Origin: a virus | Length of the DNA stretch: 64,000 bases | Reading direction: 5' to 3' (one strand) | IMG/VR virus record: IMGVR_UViG_3300032294_002363 | Location: 1 to 64,000 of that record | In this document: piece by piece, positions 17,193 through 27,800 of the stretch | How the letters are laid out: each line of letters begins with the position of its first letter | How positions within the stretch are numbered: the first letter of the stretch is position 1 | Notes under the pieces: generated by a model | The model's input: the letters and a program-made list of their open reading frames with translations, nothing else | What the model was told of the DNA's origin: nothing | The model's database searches: none | Made by a program: the position numbers and the translations under genes

Positions 17193-17780
17193 ATGACTTA
17201 CGATCCAGAAAAATATGGCATAGAATCTAACGCCAAAAGAAGAGGACCAAAATCTGCAGCTCAAACCCCTGCAAAACCATCTGAAAGACGCAAGGGTTCT
17301 TCTAAGAATAAACCAGGGAGTGCTGGCACAAAAAGTGATAAGGCTATTGAATTTTCTAAAAAAGTAATAGAAGCTCTTAAAAATAAAGTAAAAGAACATA
17401 ATAGTAAAAATAACAAAAAAGTAACTCTTGGACAATTAAAAAAAGTATATCGTCGTGGTGCTGGCGCATTTTCTTCTTCTCATCGTCCAGGAAAAACTCG
17501 CGGTCAATGGGCGATGGCGAGAGTAAATATGTTTCTTAGAATGGTTAGTGGTAAGCCAGTAAAAGATGCTTATCGCAAAGCTGATAGTGATATTGCAAAA
17601 GCTAAAACAGAAATTATAGTTGAAGCTAACTTAGAACCTTCAGATGAAGATTTTGAAACAGCAGATTCTGATATCCAAACTTATGATCTAAATGATTTTG
17701 ATTTTGCTTCGGTTGATGAATTATATCTCGATGATGAAGAAGATGGTGTAATATTTGGTTACGGAAGATTTACAATATGA
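17193..17780 (+). CDS. head-module hypothetical protein (basic N-terminus, acidic tail)
   Basis: LKKVYRRGAGAF...QWAMARVN motif, recalled from phage head modules (DUF5824-like). Confidence 0.65.
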   Translation: MTYDPEKYGIESNAKRRGPKSAAQTPAKPSERRKGSSKNKPGSAGTKSDKAIEFSKKVIEALKNKVKEHNSKNNKKVTLGQLKKVYRRGAGAFSSSHRPGKTRGQWAMARVNMFLRMVSGKPVKDAYRKADSDIAKAKTEIIVEANLEPSDEDFETADSDIQTYDLNDFDFASVDELYLDDEEDGVIFGYGRFTI

Positions 17781-19333
17781 AAAAACAGAAATTTAAATTT
17801 GAATCATTATTTGCGAATATAAAGATTCGCCCAGTAGTAAGCGAGGAAAAAGATAAATATTTATCCGTAGCTTCTCTAGAAAAATTAAGAAAATTCTTAC
17901 CAGAGATTAATACAGAAGATAATGTTGATCTTCTTCCAGTAGCTTTTGATGCCTGTGTTGTAAATCGCGTTAATAAAAATGGTGATGTTATTGATGGCGA
18001 AACCGCCGCGAAGATAGCTAAACTTTTTGTTAATAAACCAATTAATATCGAGCATAATCGTAAACAAGTCATAGGTTGTATATTATCTGCAAATTTCAGT
18101 AAATTTGGTAATAATGAAAGTTTGGCTGAGTTAGATGTTAAAGAGATGAAAACTCCTTTTAATATTACTCTTGGTGGAGTTATTTGGAAAATCGTAGATC
18201 GTGATATAGCAGATCAAATAGAAGAATCTAATGACCCAACAAGTCAAAATTATATGAGTATATCTGCTTCTTGGGAATTAGGATTTAATGATTATAATAT
18301 TGTTGTTCTTGATGATGGAGAGAAGAATATTGAAAATGCCAAAATTATATCTGACGCCTCTGAAATAGAGAAAATGAAAGATAAACTAAGAGGATTTGGT
18401 GGTTCTGGTAAATTAAGTGATGGAAAATATGTTTATAGACAAGTTTTAGGTAAAGTCGTACCATTAGGTGTTGGATTTACTTTAAATCCAGCTGCTGATG
18501 TACAAGGAGTAGCAACTCCAGAAGAAGAACCTATTAAAATAGCTTTAAAAGCTAATGAAAATACTGAAGCAACTGAAAAAGAAGAGGTTCTCAATGAAGA
18601 GCCAGTTGTTGCTTCAGAAAATAAGATTTCCCAAGAGGAAAAATTAGATGTAAAAAAAGAGAGGATATATATGAAAATAACCAAAATCGAAGATATTACT
18701 GATTCCCTCCTTAAAGAAGCTACAGCTAGTTCTGTAGTTGAATTTATTGCTGAGGAAATTAAAAAAGCTAATGAAGCTTTTCTTGCTGAAAAAGGCGAGA
18801 AAGAAAATGAACTTAAAGCTGCTAATGAAAAGATTACTTCTGTAACAACAGAGCATGAAGCAGTTAAGAAGCAAGTACAAGAGCTTACCGAAAAGCTCGC
18901 TTCTCTAGAAGCAGAAAAAGAAGCTAAGGCTAAAGAAGAAACATTCAATATCAGAATGGCTTCTCTAGACGAAGAATTCGATCTAGAAGATGAAGATCGT
19001 AAAGTTATCGCTTCTGATATTAAAGATTTAAATGAAGAGGCATTTTCAGCTTATAAAGATAAAATGTCTGTTCTCATGAAAGAAAAGAAAAAAGCTTACA
19101 AAAAAGCTATGGCCGAGAAGATGCAAAAAGAAATGGCGAAAGCCGAAGAAATTAAAGCATCCGAAACTCCAGTTTCAGCTGAGACAACCCAAGAAGTTGT
19201 TGAGCAAGCTGTAGATAACGGCGCAAAAGCTTCAACAGAAATTCCAAATTCTGCACCAGCCGCACAGCCAAGCGTAAAAGAAAAATATGCATCAGCTTTC
19301 GGTTTGGACGGATTTGAATTAATCAACAAATAA
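17777..19333 (+). CDS. prohead protease - scaffold fusion
   Basis: N-terminal NKNGD / KPINIEH / SASWE protease-like motifs; Glu/Lys/Ala coiled-coil C-terminal half; precedes decoration and MCP. Confidence 0.75.
   Translation: MKKQKFKFESLFANIKIRPVVSEEKDKYLSVASLEKLRKFLPEINTEDNVDLLPVAFDACVVNRVNKNGDVIDGETAAKIAKLFVNKPINIEHNRKQVIGCILSANFSKFGNNESLAELDVKEMKTPFNITLGGVIWKIVDRDIADQIEESNDPTSQNYMSISASWELGFNDYNIVVLDDGEKNIENAKIISDASEIEKMKDKLRGFGGSGKLSDGKYVYRQVLGKVVPLGVGFTLNPAADVQGVATPEEEPIKIALKANENTEATEKEEVLNEEPVVASENKISQEEKLDVKKERIYMKITKIEDITDSLLKEATASSVVEFIAEEIKKANEAFLAEKGEKENELKAANEKITSVTTEHEAVKKQVQELTEKLASLEAEKEAKAKEETFNIRMASLDEEFDLEDEDRKVIASDIKDLNEEAFSAYKDKMSVLMKEKKKAYKKAMAEKMQKEMAKAEEIKASETPVSAETTQEVVEQAVDNGAKASTEIPNSAPAAQPSVKEKYASAFGLDGFELINK
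18671..19333 (+). CDS. nested in-frame scaffolding protein (internal start)
   Basis: In-frame ATG preceded by AGAGGA-TATAT and a TGTAA promoter-like motif at 18649-18653. Confidence 0.55.
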   Translation: MKITKIEDITDSLLKEATASSVVEFIAEEIKKANEAFLAEKGEKENELKAANEKITSVTTEHEAVKKQVQELTEKLASLEAEKEAKAKEETFNIRMASLDEEFDLEDEDRKVIASDIKDLNEEAFSAYKDKMSVLMKEKKKAYKKAMAEKMQKEMAKAEEIKASETPVSAETTQEVVEQAVDNGAKASTEIPNSAPAAQPSVKEKYASAFGLDGFELINK

Positions 19334-19349
19334 ACAAGGAGATAAATAT

Positions 19350-19907
19350 ATGGCACACAATCTAAAACCATTTAGAGATTATGATGAACACGATGTTGTT
19401 AATCTTTTCTCTTATAGCGGCGACAGCACACACGTTGTTAAAGGTCTAGCCGTTAGAGTAATGGCCCCAGGTTTCAATCCTGGAATCACAAATGTTTCTC
19501 CAACCGAACTTCTTGGTGAAGTTGGTGGAGATTTCGGCGCTAATGTCGTTTCACAAAGATATGGTGTTACTGCTAAAGTAACTGCAGCCGCCTCTGGTCA
19601 AGCAGTACTTGGTCTAACACTCATGGATGTTCGTGAGACTGACGAAAATGGCGAGAAACTCGTTTTCAATCCACGTAAAGCCGCAGAGATGGGCGTAGTA
19701 GTAAGTGGACAAGCAGTACCAGTTCTAACAAAAGGACTAGTTCTATATAGTGGCACAAATGCTACAGCCGGTCACGTAGCTTACGTAGGTGCTACAGCTG
19801 GCGAACTAGCTTCCGCTGCTACTCTACCAGCAGGTGGAGCAGTAAAAGTTGGAACATGGCTAAGTACAGCTGTTCAAGAAGTCGCTCTTCTCAAAATCGA
19901 GCTATAA
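19350..19907 (+). CDS. capsid decoration/cement protein
   Basis: 185 aa, Ala/Gly/Val-rich, AAGGAG RBS, immediately before MCP. Confidence 0.65.
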   Translation: MAHNLKPFRDYDEHDVVNLFSYSGDSTHVVKGLAVRVMAPGFNPGITNVSPTELLGEVGGDFGANVVSQRYGVTAKVTAAASGQAVLGLTLMDVRETDENGEKLVFNPRKAAEMGVVVSGQAVPVLTKGLVLYSGTNATAGHVAYVGATAGELASAATLPAGGAVKVGTWLSTAVQEVALLKIEL

Positions 19908-19930
19908 TCTTATAAAGGAGAAAATTTAAA

Positions 19931-20974
19931 ATGAAATTAAGATTAAAAAATACCCCAGAACAAATCGAGCTTGTAAAAGCCATGGGAAGTCGTGAAGCAT
20001 CTGTTTCTAAAGAAGCTACAGAAGCTTTCGCAGCTTTCATTGGCCCAGTAGTAAATAAAGTGCTAATGCAAGCCGCAACAGCCTCTGCGATCTACACAGA
20101 TCTTCCTTTCGATGAAGACGATAGTCCATCGATCCCATTAGATCTTTATCATGATCAAGGTCAAGGCCACGTAACCACTTGGAGTCAAAACGTAGCTGGT
20201 GGTCTTCCAACTTCTACAGTTGAAGGATTCAGCGAAATGAAAGTTGCAACCTATCGTTTAGATAGCGCTGTCAGCTTCCTAAAGCGTTATGCTCGTCGTG
20301 GTCGTCTCGACGTAGTTAGCAAGGCAGTAGAGCGCATGAGCAATGAAGTTCTTGTCAAACAAGAACGTAATGCTTGGGCAGTTCTCCTCAAGGCTCTAGG
20401 TGAAAGTGGTAACGTAATTGATGTTAACGAAACAACAGTTGCATTTACCCTAACTCATCTTAACAGATTACTAACAGCATTCAAGAGAAAGAATACTTCT
20501 TATGCTGGCGGTTCTTCTGTAGAAACCTATGGTCTAACAGATCTATTTGTTAGCCCAGAAGTTAAACAAGATATCCGTGCATTTGCTTACAATCCTGTAA
20601 CAAATACAAATACAGATCTTCCAGCTGGCGTCCGTGAAGAAATTTATCGTGGCGCTGGAACTCAAGAAATCTATGGAGTAACCATCCATGATCTAGTTGA
20701 ACTTGGTAAAACACAAAAATATCAAGTACTCTTCTCAGAGTTCTATTCTTCTAACTGGAATTCCACAAACAATGAGCTTATCATCGGCTTGGATCTTACA
20801 AAAGACGCTTTTGTACGCCCAGTCGCTCGTCAAGCTGAATCTGGTGGTACATTCACAGCTATGCCAGACGATCAATTCTTGGCTCGTGCAGACAAGATTG
20901 GTTTCTATGGTTCACTAGAAGAAGGTCGCGCTTGCATCGATGCTCGCGCTATCGCAGCAGTAAACATTTACTAA
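19931..20974 (+). CDS. major capsid protein (HK97-like, inferred)
   Basis: 347 aa, AAAGGAG RBS, high-expression codon bias, position after scaffold/decoration, terminator downstream. Confidence 0.85.
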   Translation: MKLRLKNTPEQIELVKAMGSREASVSKEATEAFAAFIGPVVNKVLMQAATASAIYTDLPFDEDDSPSIPLDLYHDQGQGHVTTWSQNVAGGLPTSTVEGFSEMKVATYRLDSAVSFLKRYARRGRLDVVSKAVERMSNEVLVKQERNAWAVLLKALGESGNVIDVNETTVAFTLTHLNRLLTAFKRKNTSYAGGSSVETYGLTDLFVSPEVKQDIRAFAYNPVTNTNTDLPAGVREEIYRGAGTQEIYGVTIHDLVELGKTQKYQVLFSEFYSSNWNSTNNELIIGLDLTKDAFVRPVARQAESGGTFTAMPDDQFLARADKIGFYGSLEEGRACIDARAIAAVNIY

Positions 20975-20995
20975 TTAATTAGTAGATAGTATTAA

Positions 20996-21033
20996 GGAGG
21001 CCCTCCAATAATTTGGGGGGCCTTCTTTTTTTT
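20996..21033 (+). terminator. rho-independent terminator after MCP
   Basis: GGAGGCCCTCCAA-TAAT-TTGGGGGGCCTTC followed by T8. Confidence 0.9.
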
Positions 21034-21079
21034 AGAATAAACTATACTTTTTGAGTATAATATACAATAGGAGATAATT

Positions 21080-21421
21080 ATGCCAAAAAAGAAAAGTAAA
21101 CTAGATAATTTAAATCAGACTCACGGTAAGATAGAAAAACCAATCACACTAGATCAGGTTTGGGGTGATAGTGGTAAATCTCGATATGGTACTTTAGAGA
21201 TTGACGAATATGAGAGCTTTTTAGCAAATTTAAATAAAAGCGATATTCAAGCTCATGCAGTTAAGATTGGGTTAGTCCCAGTAGACGATAGAGATTCTTT
21301 AGCAAGAAGATTAAAACAAGAATTCTTGAAATATACAAGTCAATTTAAAGCTAGACCAAGCTTGACTAATAGCAAAAATATTTCTAAAAAATCAAAAGAT
21401 ATTCTTTCAGAAGGTCGTTAA
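21080..21421 (+). CDS. hypothetical protein
   Basis: 113-aa ORF with AGGAG RBS. Confidence 0.75.
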   Translation: MPKKKSKLDNLNQTHGKIEKPITLDQVWGDSGKSRYGTLEIDEYESFLANLNKSDIQAHAVKIGLVPVDDRDSLARRLKQEFLKYTSQFKARPSLTNSKNISKKSKDILSEGR

Positions 21422-21456
21422 AATTTTAAAAAATAATTCGCTATAAAAGTGTAGTC

Positions 21457-21462
21457 GTGTAA
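21457..21462 (+). promoter_or_regulatory. GTGTAA motif upstream of fibre operon
   Basis: 10 nt upstream of ATG 21473; variant GTGTAG at 21449. Confidence 0.7.
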
Positions 21463-21472
21463 TATTTATTAT

Positions 21473-21817
21473 ATGGCTACTTCTTATAATATTACTGGTT
21501 ATCAAGGAGACTACATACAGCTTAGTTTAAATGTCGTATCTTCTTCGGGTACAGCAATAAGTTTTAGTGGTTATAATGTAAGAGGACAAGTAAGAGCAAG
21601 TTACGGATCAACAGGGATCTTGTTAAATTTAAATCCAACTATTAATACTTATAGCGGAAACGCATCTTCAGTAAATATAGACTCTTATATTTCTCAAGAT
21701 ATTCCCGTAGGAGATTTTGTTTATGATATAGAGAGATTTCCTTCGGGTATTTCTACTGGAAATAGCATAAAATTATTAAGAGGTATAATTTCTATATTAC
21801 CAGAAGTAACGAGATAA
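21473..21817 (+). CDS. BppU-N-like fibre attachment/adaptor protein
   Basis: SFSGYNVRGQVR...FVYDIE...LLRG...PEVT pattern typical of fibre anchor domains. Confidence 0.55.
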   Translation: MATSYNITGYQGDYIQLSLNVVSSSGTAISFSGYNVRGQVRASYGSTGILLNLNPTINTYSGNASSVNIDSYISQDIPVGDFVYDIERFPSGISTGNSIKLLRGIISILPEVTR

Positions 21818-21821
21818 AGTT

Positions 21822-24800
21822 ATGGCAGACATAAATGTTAACGTTGTTTTGCCAGACCCAATTAGTGTTGATGTAACATCGCCAACTCAAGCTATAGCCA
21901 CAAATATTTCGGTTCCAGGTCCTCAAGGTCCTGCGGGTCCAAAAGGTTTTAATCCATTAATTAATGGAATATCTGGTGATTCAATCTTGTTTTCTGGTCG
22001 AGATGGTATTATAATTTCTTCTGATCAATCTATTAATACCATTTATGTTTCTGGTAATAGTGGATATTTTGAATCCGCAATCAATACGTTAACAAATAAT
22101 TTAAATTTAACTGGTACTAATTTAAATAATTCAATAAATAACTTAAGTGGATTGTTTACTGGGTATACTGGTAACTTAGATAATAATTACGCTACAGATG
22201 CTCAATTAGCTTCAACTGGCAATATATTAAATAATAATATAAATTCACTCAGCGGAACTCTAACTTCTAACTACGCAACCATTACTAATCTTGCAAGCAC
22301 TGGTTCGACTTTAGTTTCTAGTATAAATTCTCTTAATTCTGATTTTACTGGATTCACTGGAAATCTTGATGCAACATATGCAACAGATTCTCAACTTGCA
22401 ACAACTGGCTCTACTCTTAATACAAGAATCAACAATCTCAGTGGCTACATAAATTCCTCAAGTAGTAATATACTTTTTACGACTGGAAATCAAATTAAAA
22501 GTGGTCGTTTAATAATTGGTAATGATGCAGGTAGTATCGTAGATCCAAATTCTGAATATACATTAAGTCTTCAGACAAATAGCCCCCGAACTTGGTTAGA
22601 AATTTTAAATAATAGTGGCGCTAATAAAGGAGTATTTTTTGGAATAGAAGGCAATGATTTTGAACAATATAACTGGCAAGCTGGAGATATAAAATTCTTT
22701 ACTTCTGAAAATTTTTCTGATGGAACAGAAAGATTAAGAATAAAAAATGATGGTAAAGTTGGTATAGGCACAAGTTCTCCGTCTGAAAAATTAGAAGTGG
22801 TTGGTAATATATTAGCAAATAATTTAGTTTACAATACAGGTAACCAAATTATAAGCGGGAATAAAACTTTTGATCTTGCCCCAATTGTTAGTGGTAATCC
22901 TTTAATTACTGGAAACTTATCTCTTTATGCAACAACAATAAATTTAGCAACTACTGGATCTACGCTTGATAATAAAATAAATTCCCTTAGCGGCGCCTCA
23001 GTATTAACCTATGGAAGTCAGTCCATCTCTGGTATAAAAACCTTTAGTGGTCAAGGCGTAGTTGTAAACTTTACTAGCGGTGCAAGTTTACTCGTAAGTG
23101 GCGTACCAGTACTGACAGGAATTGTTGGCACGGGTAATTTTATTACTTTAGATCAATTAAATCAAAGTCAAAGAAATATTTATATTTCTTCTAATGGAAA
23201 TGATAGTACGGCTCAAATAGGTAATATAAATCGACCATATCTTACTGCCCAAGCCGCTTTTAATGCTGCAATATTGGATGGTTCAAATCAGTATATATTG
23301 AATTTTTATGCCGGAAACTGGACCATAAATACCGCAAGTACTTTCAATTGGCCAATAACACTTGGTGTTCGTGGTATCGGACCGACTTCCAGCTCTACTG
23401 AAGCAAAACCAACTCTTACAATTACTCATAGTGTAGTTGGCTCTTTAGCTAACCCTGGTCCGAATCGTACAATTGTTGATTTTGGATATCATAGCATAAT
23501 TCTTAGCATAGAGAGCAGAGGAGGTAGTTACGGTGGTGGATTATCAATGAATGGGGGAGCTGGTGGAAATATAACTTTATATAATGCAATAGGGTCAACT
23601 ATTAGTTCATTCGGTGGGCCTGGTGGCCCTGGAGTTGGTAATGTTGGTGGCGTTGGTGGAAATATAAATTTATATAATTGTGAAATAACGACAGAAATAA
23701 TATCTGAGGGCGGGTTTAATGGAAATGCAACAATTAAAGCTTTTGGAGGAAATGTATACGCGGAATCTTCTAGGATTAATTCTATTAATGTTCCGTATTC
23801 TATTAGTAATCCAAATCCAACAAATACTATAACTTTAATAGATTGTATTTATAATCCTACTACATCTTTAATAAAAAATATTACTTTAAGAAATAGCTAC
23901 GAGATTTCTGCTGCAAAAAGTACTTTAAGTAGTTCACAAAATTTAACAGCTGGATTTTTACATGATTTTTCAATTAGTAATAATAATTTATCTGGAATTT
24001 TAAATAATTTAACATTACATGATAACCAAATTCGTCCGCATTTAACAGGGAGGAATCATGCTTTAACAATAGATTTTGCTAGTGGTATCTATGTAAATAA
24101 TTCAGATATATATGGTAATTTAAGATTTAATAATAGTATTATTTTTAGCGGAAACGATGCGTTTCTTAATTTTACTAGTGGAGCAAGATTGTTAATAAGC
24201 GGAAACCCAGTTCTAACAGGAGTAGATTTAAGTTCTTACGCGACAACAGCTAATCTTGCTTCAACTGGTAGTACACTAACGTCAAATCTAGCTAGCACTG
24301 GTTCAACATTAAATACTAAAATTGACAATCTTAGTGGATATGTTAATTCTTCAAACAGTAATATAGTATTTACTACTGGAAATCAAAATATTAGTGGAAT
24401 TAAAACTTTTGCTAATGATATAAATGTCTTGGGTACAGGATCTTTTAATGGCATTAATCTTGATAATATCAATTCATTGGTCCTTTCTGGAATGAATATT
24501 AATATTACTGGAAATAGCATTTTAAATATTTATAATACAGTTCGTATAAGTGGAAATCAAGTTCTTACTGGAGTTACGCAAGATTCTAGAGCGGTGCTAA
24601 CAACTACAAATCAATTTATTGAGGGAAGAAAAATTTTTGAGGGAACAGGCGTTTTTACAAAATTACTAAATGCAAATAAAATTTATGGTATAGATGCTAC
24701 TTTTGATAATTTCTTTTTTCAGCCAACTGCGGCAGATGATTTAGTTATTAGCGGCGGTAAAGGTACATATGGTGGAAAATCAGCTGATATTTATTTAGTA

Positions 24801-27800
24801 GGTGGCGTAAGTAACAGTAAAGTTTATCTTTTAAATTCTACGAATATAACTGGAGATCTAAATGTATCTAGAGATATAACTGCCCAAAGAAGCGGTTTCT
24901 TTTTGAGCGGAATAAAAATAGGTTCTAATTCAGTTATTATTACAGATGAATTTATTAAAATTTCTGGTGATCCAGTTATTGTTCAGTCTGCATTTACTGG
25001 GTATAGTGGATATGTAGAGAATACCTACGCGAAAATCAGCAATCTTGCTTCGACTGGATCTACATTAGATAGTAAAATAAATAGTCTTAGCGGTTCAAGT
25101 GCATCCGCAGCTAATTTAGCCTCTACAGGTTCTATATTAGATCTAAAAATCAATAATTTAAGCGGATATATTAATACTCAAGCTACCACAATATCAAATA
25201 ATTTAAATACTACAGGTAGCACGCTAGATAATAAAATAAATTCACTTAGCGGCGCAGCAGTATTAAAATATGGAGATCAAACTATAGATGGTATAAAGAC
25301 TTTCCGAGATAAAGTTTATATTCACGATCTTTATGTTACAGGCGAAGAATTTATCGCAAATGTTACTAATAATTATATTGAAAGTCCTTATATTCTTCTT
25401 AATCTTACTGGTGGAGCAGTTGATGGTGGAATTTTCTTTGTTACTGGCGTGGGACTTACTGGAGTAAATGATCTTGGTCCAATTATCGGTTTTGATCATA
25501 CCGATAAATTTAAATTTGGTATATCTAGCAGAGGAGCAGATCTTTCGACGTTAAATGATATCGCGGCTGTTCAAGACATTACTGCTTATAGTGGTTTTGT
25601 TAATGGTAAGTATGCGACAATAATAAACTTAAATTCTACTGGCTCTACATTAGATACTAAAATAAATACCTTAAGCGGTTACTCAAATAATACATTTTCA
25701 ACTATCACAAATCTTGCTTCAACTGGCTCTACTCTAAATACAAAGATAGACAACTTAAGTGGCCATATAAACTCAACAAATAGTAATATTGTTTTCACTA
25801 CTGGCGATCAAACTATTTCTGGAAATAAAACTTTTGCAAATTACTTAGTGTTTGGAAATGAAAATGGTATAGGTGGTAGTATTTCTGGGAATTATAATGG
25901 GGTTGATTCTAACTTATATATCAATGGAGGAGGTGGTGCAGCGTTTATAAATTTAAATACTTCTTCAGCATCAATACGTCTCGGAGAAGATGGGATATAT
26001 ATTAATCCAGCTAGTGAAGCATTAACTATTGATAATACCGATGTAATTTATATAAATGGAGTAGGATCAGCAATATCTGCGCCTGATACAACAGCTTCTT
26101 TTAAAGATGTTAATGCTAATAATATTTATGCACAAACTGGAAACTTTCAAAAACTTTATGCAGATAATTTAGTTTACAATACTGGCAATCAAACTATAAA
26201 TGGTCTAAAAACATTCACCTCTGGTATAGATATTTATAGTGGCACAAGTCCTCAATCAATCCGAGTATTTAATTCAACTGGCACAAACTCTGGTGAATTT
26301 GGTTTATTTGGTTGGCAGAATAATAATTTAATAGTTGGAGCGCAAAAAACTAATTCTGGTATTTTCCGTAATTTAATTTTAACTGGAAATAATTTCTCTG
26401 TTTCTGAGAGTGCAGCAGTATTTATTTCTGGAAATAATGGTGGAATAACCTTTGGTGCTAGAAGCGCTCAAAATCAAATATCAACTATATCTACGGATAA
26501 TAATGATATTTTATATATTCAGGCTGGATTAGGAGCAGGTAAAACTATTAGAATTGGCGACTCAAGTCGTTATATAGATGTTAATGCTAGCAGACTCTAT
26601 TATCAAAATAGCGCTTCAAGTTATTTCTTGTTAGTTCCTGATGCGGCTAATAATTTATCTCTAAGAAATGGAACAAATCCAAATACATTTAGGGTATTTA
26701 ATACAACTGGTACAAACTCTGGTGAATTCGGTTCATTTAGTTGGCAAAATAATAATTTACTTATTGGTGCTCAAGCCACAAGCTCTGGAATACTAAGAGA
26801 TGTAATTTTAACTGGAAATAGAGTAATATCTACGGTTCCATTAATTATTTCTGGCGCAGATCTTAGTGGAATTAATACAAATGGAACTCAAGGATTCAGA
26901 TTAACAAGTAGAGCTTTAGGATTACTCGGAGATAGTTTACAAACAGTATTAGTAAATGAAGGTTATGGTGGAATTACCCAACTTGGAACAGATGGTAACA
27001 CAACTTTAAGAATTCAACGTGGCGATAATAGTTCTGCTGTTTTACCCAATAATACTTCACTTGGATGGCATAAACCATCTCCATCAAATATAGCTGAAGT
27101 TCCAGATGTTAGATTATGGAGAGATGGCAGTGGAATTTTATCATTAAGAAGCGACAATATTTCTAGGGGAACTAATTTTTATATAACTCCTAGCGGGATG
27201 CAATTCAGAGTGTTTAATATAACAGGTACTAATACTGGTGAGTTCGGTCTATTTGGATGGCAAAATAGTCAATTAATATTAGGATCTCAACAATCTCAAA
27301 GCGGAACTTTAAGAGACATAGTAATTACTGGTAATAATATCAATATAAATGGTGCGGGAGTTTTCAACGTTTTTGATAATACTAATATAGTTGGAAATCT
27401 AAATGTAACTGGAAATATTTTACTTAGCGGCAATCAAGTATTAACTGGATCAAGCACCTTATATGCAACCTCAGCAAATCTCGCTTCTACAGGTTCTACT
27501 TTAGATACTAAAGTTAATGCCTTAAGTGGATCAGCGGTTTTACTTTATGGCGATCAAACAATAAATGGAACGAAAACGTTTACAACAAGACCAACTGTAA
27601 ATGGTACAGGTGTTCTTCTTAGCGGAGAAGCGGCATCATTACCAACTACTATAGTATATACAACAGGCAATCAAAATATTGGTGGAAATAAAACATTCAC
27701 TGGCGTAACTACATTCTCTGGTCAAGAAGTTAATCTTGTAGATACAGCCCTTAACCTTAGTGGTGTTGGAGACATGACATTTATTGGAACTAATATTAAT

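Noticed and set aside
21033-21061. sigma70 promoter before 21080 (TAGAAT-N17-TATAAT)
   Set aside because: -35 match is poor and the region is very AT-rich; not supportable
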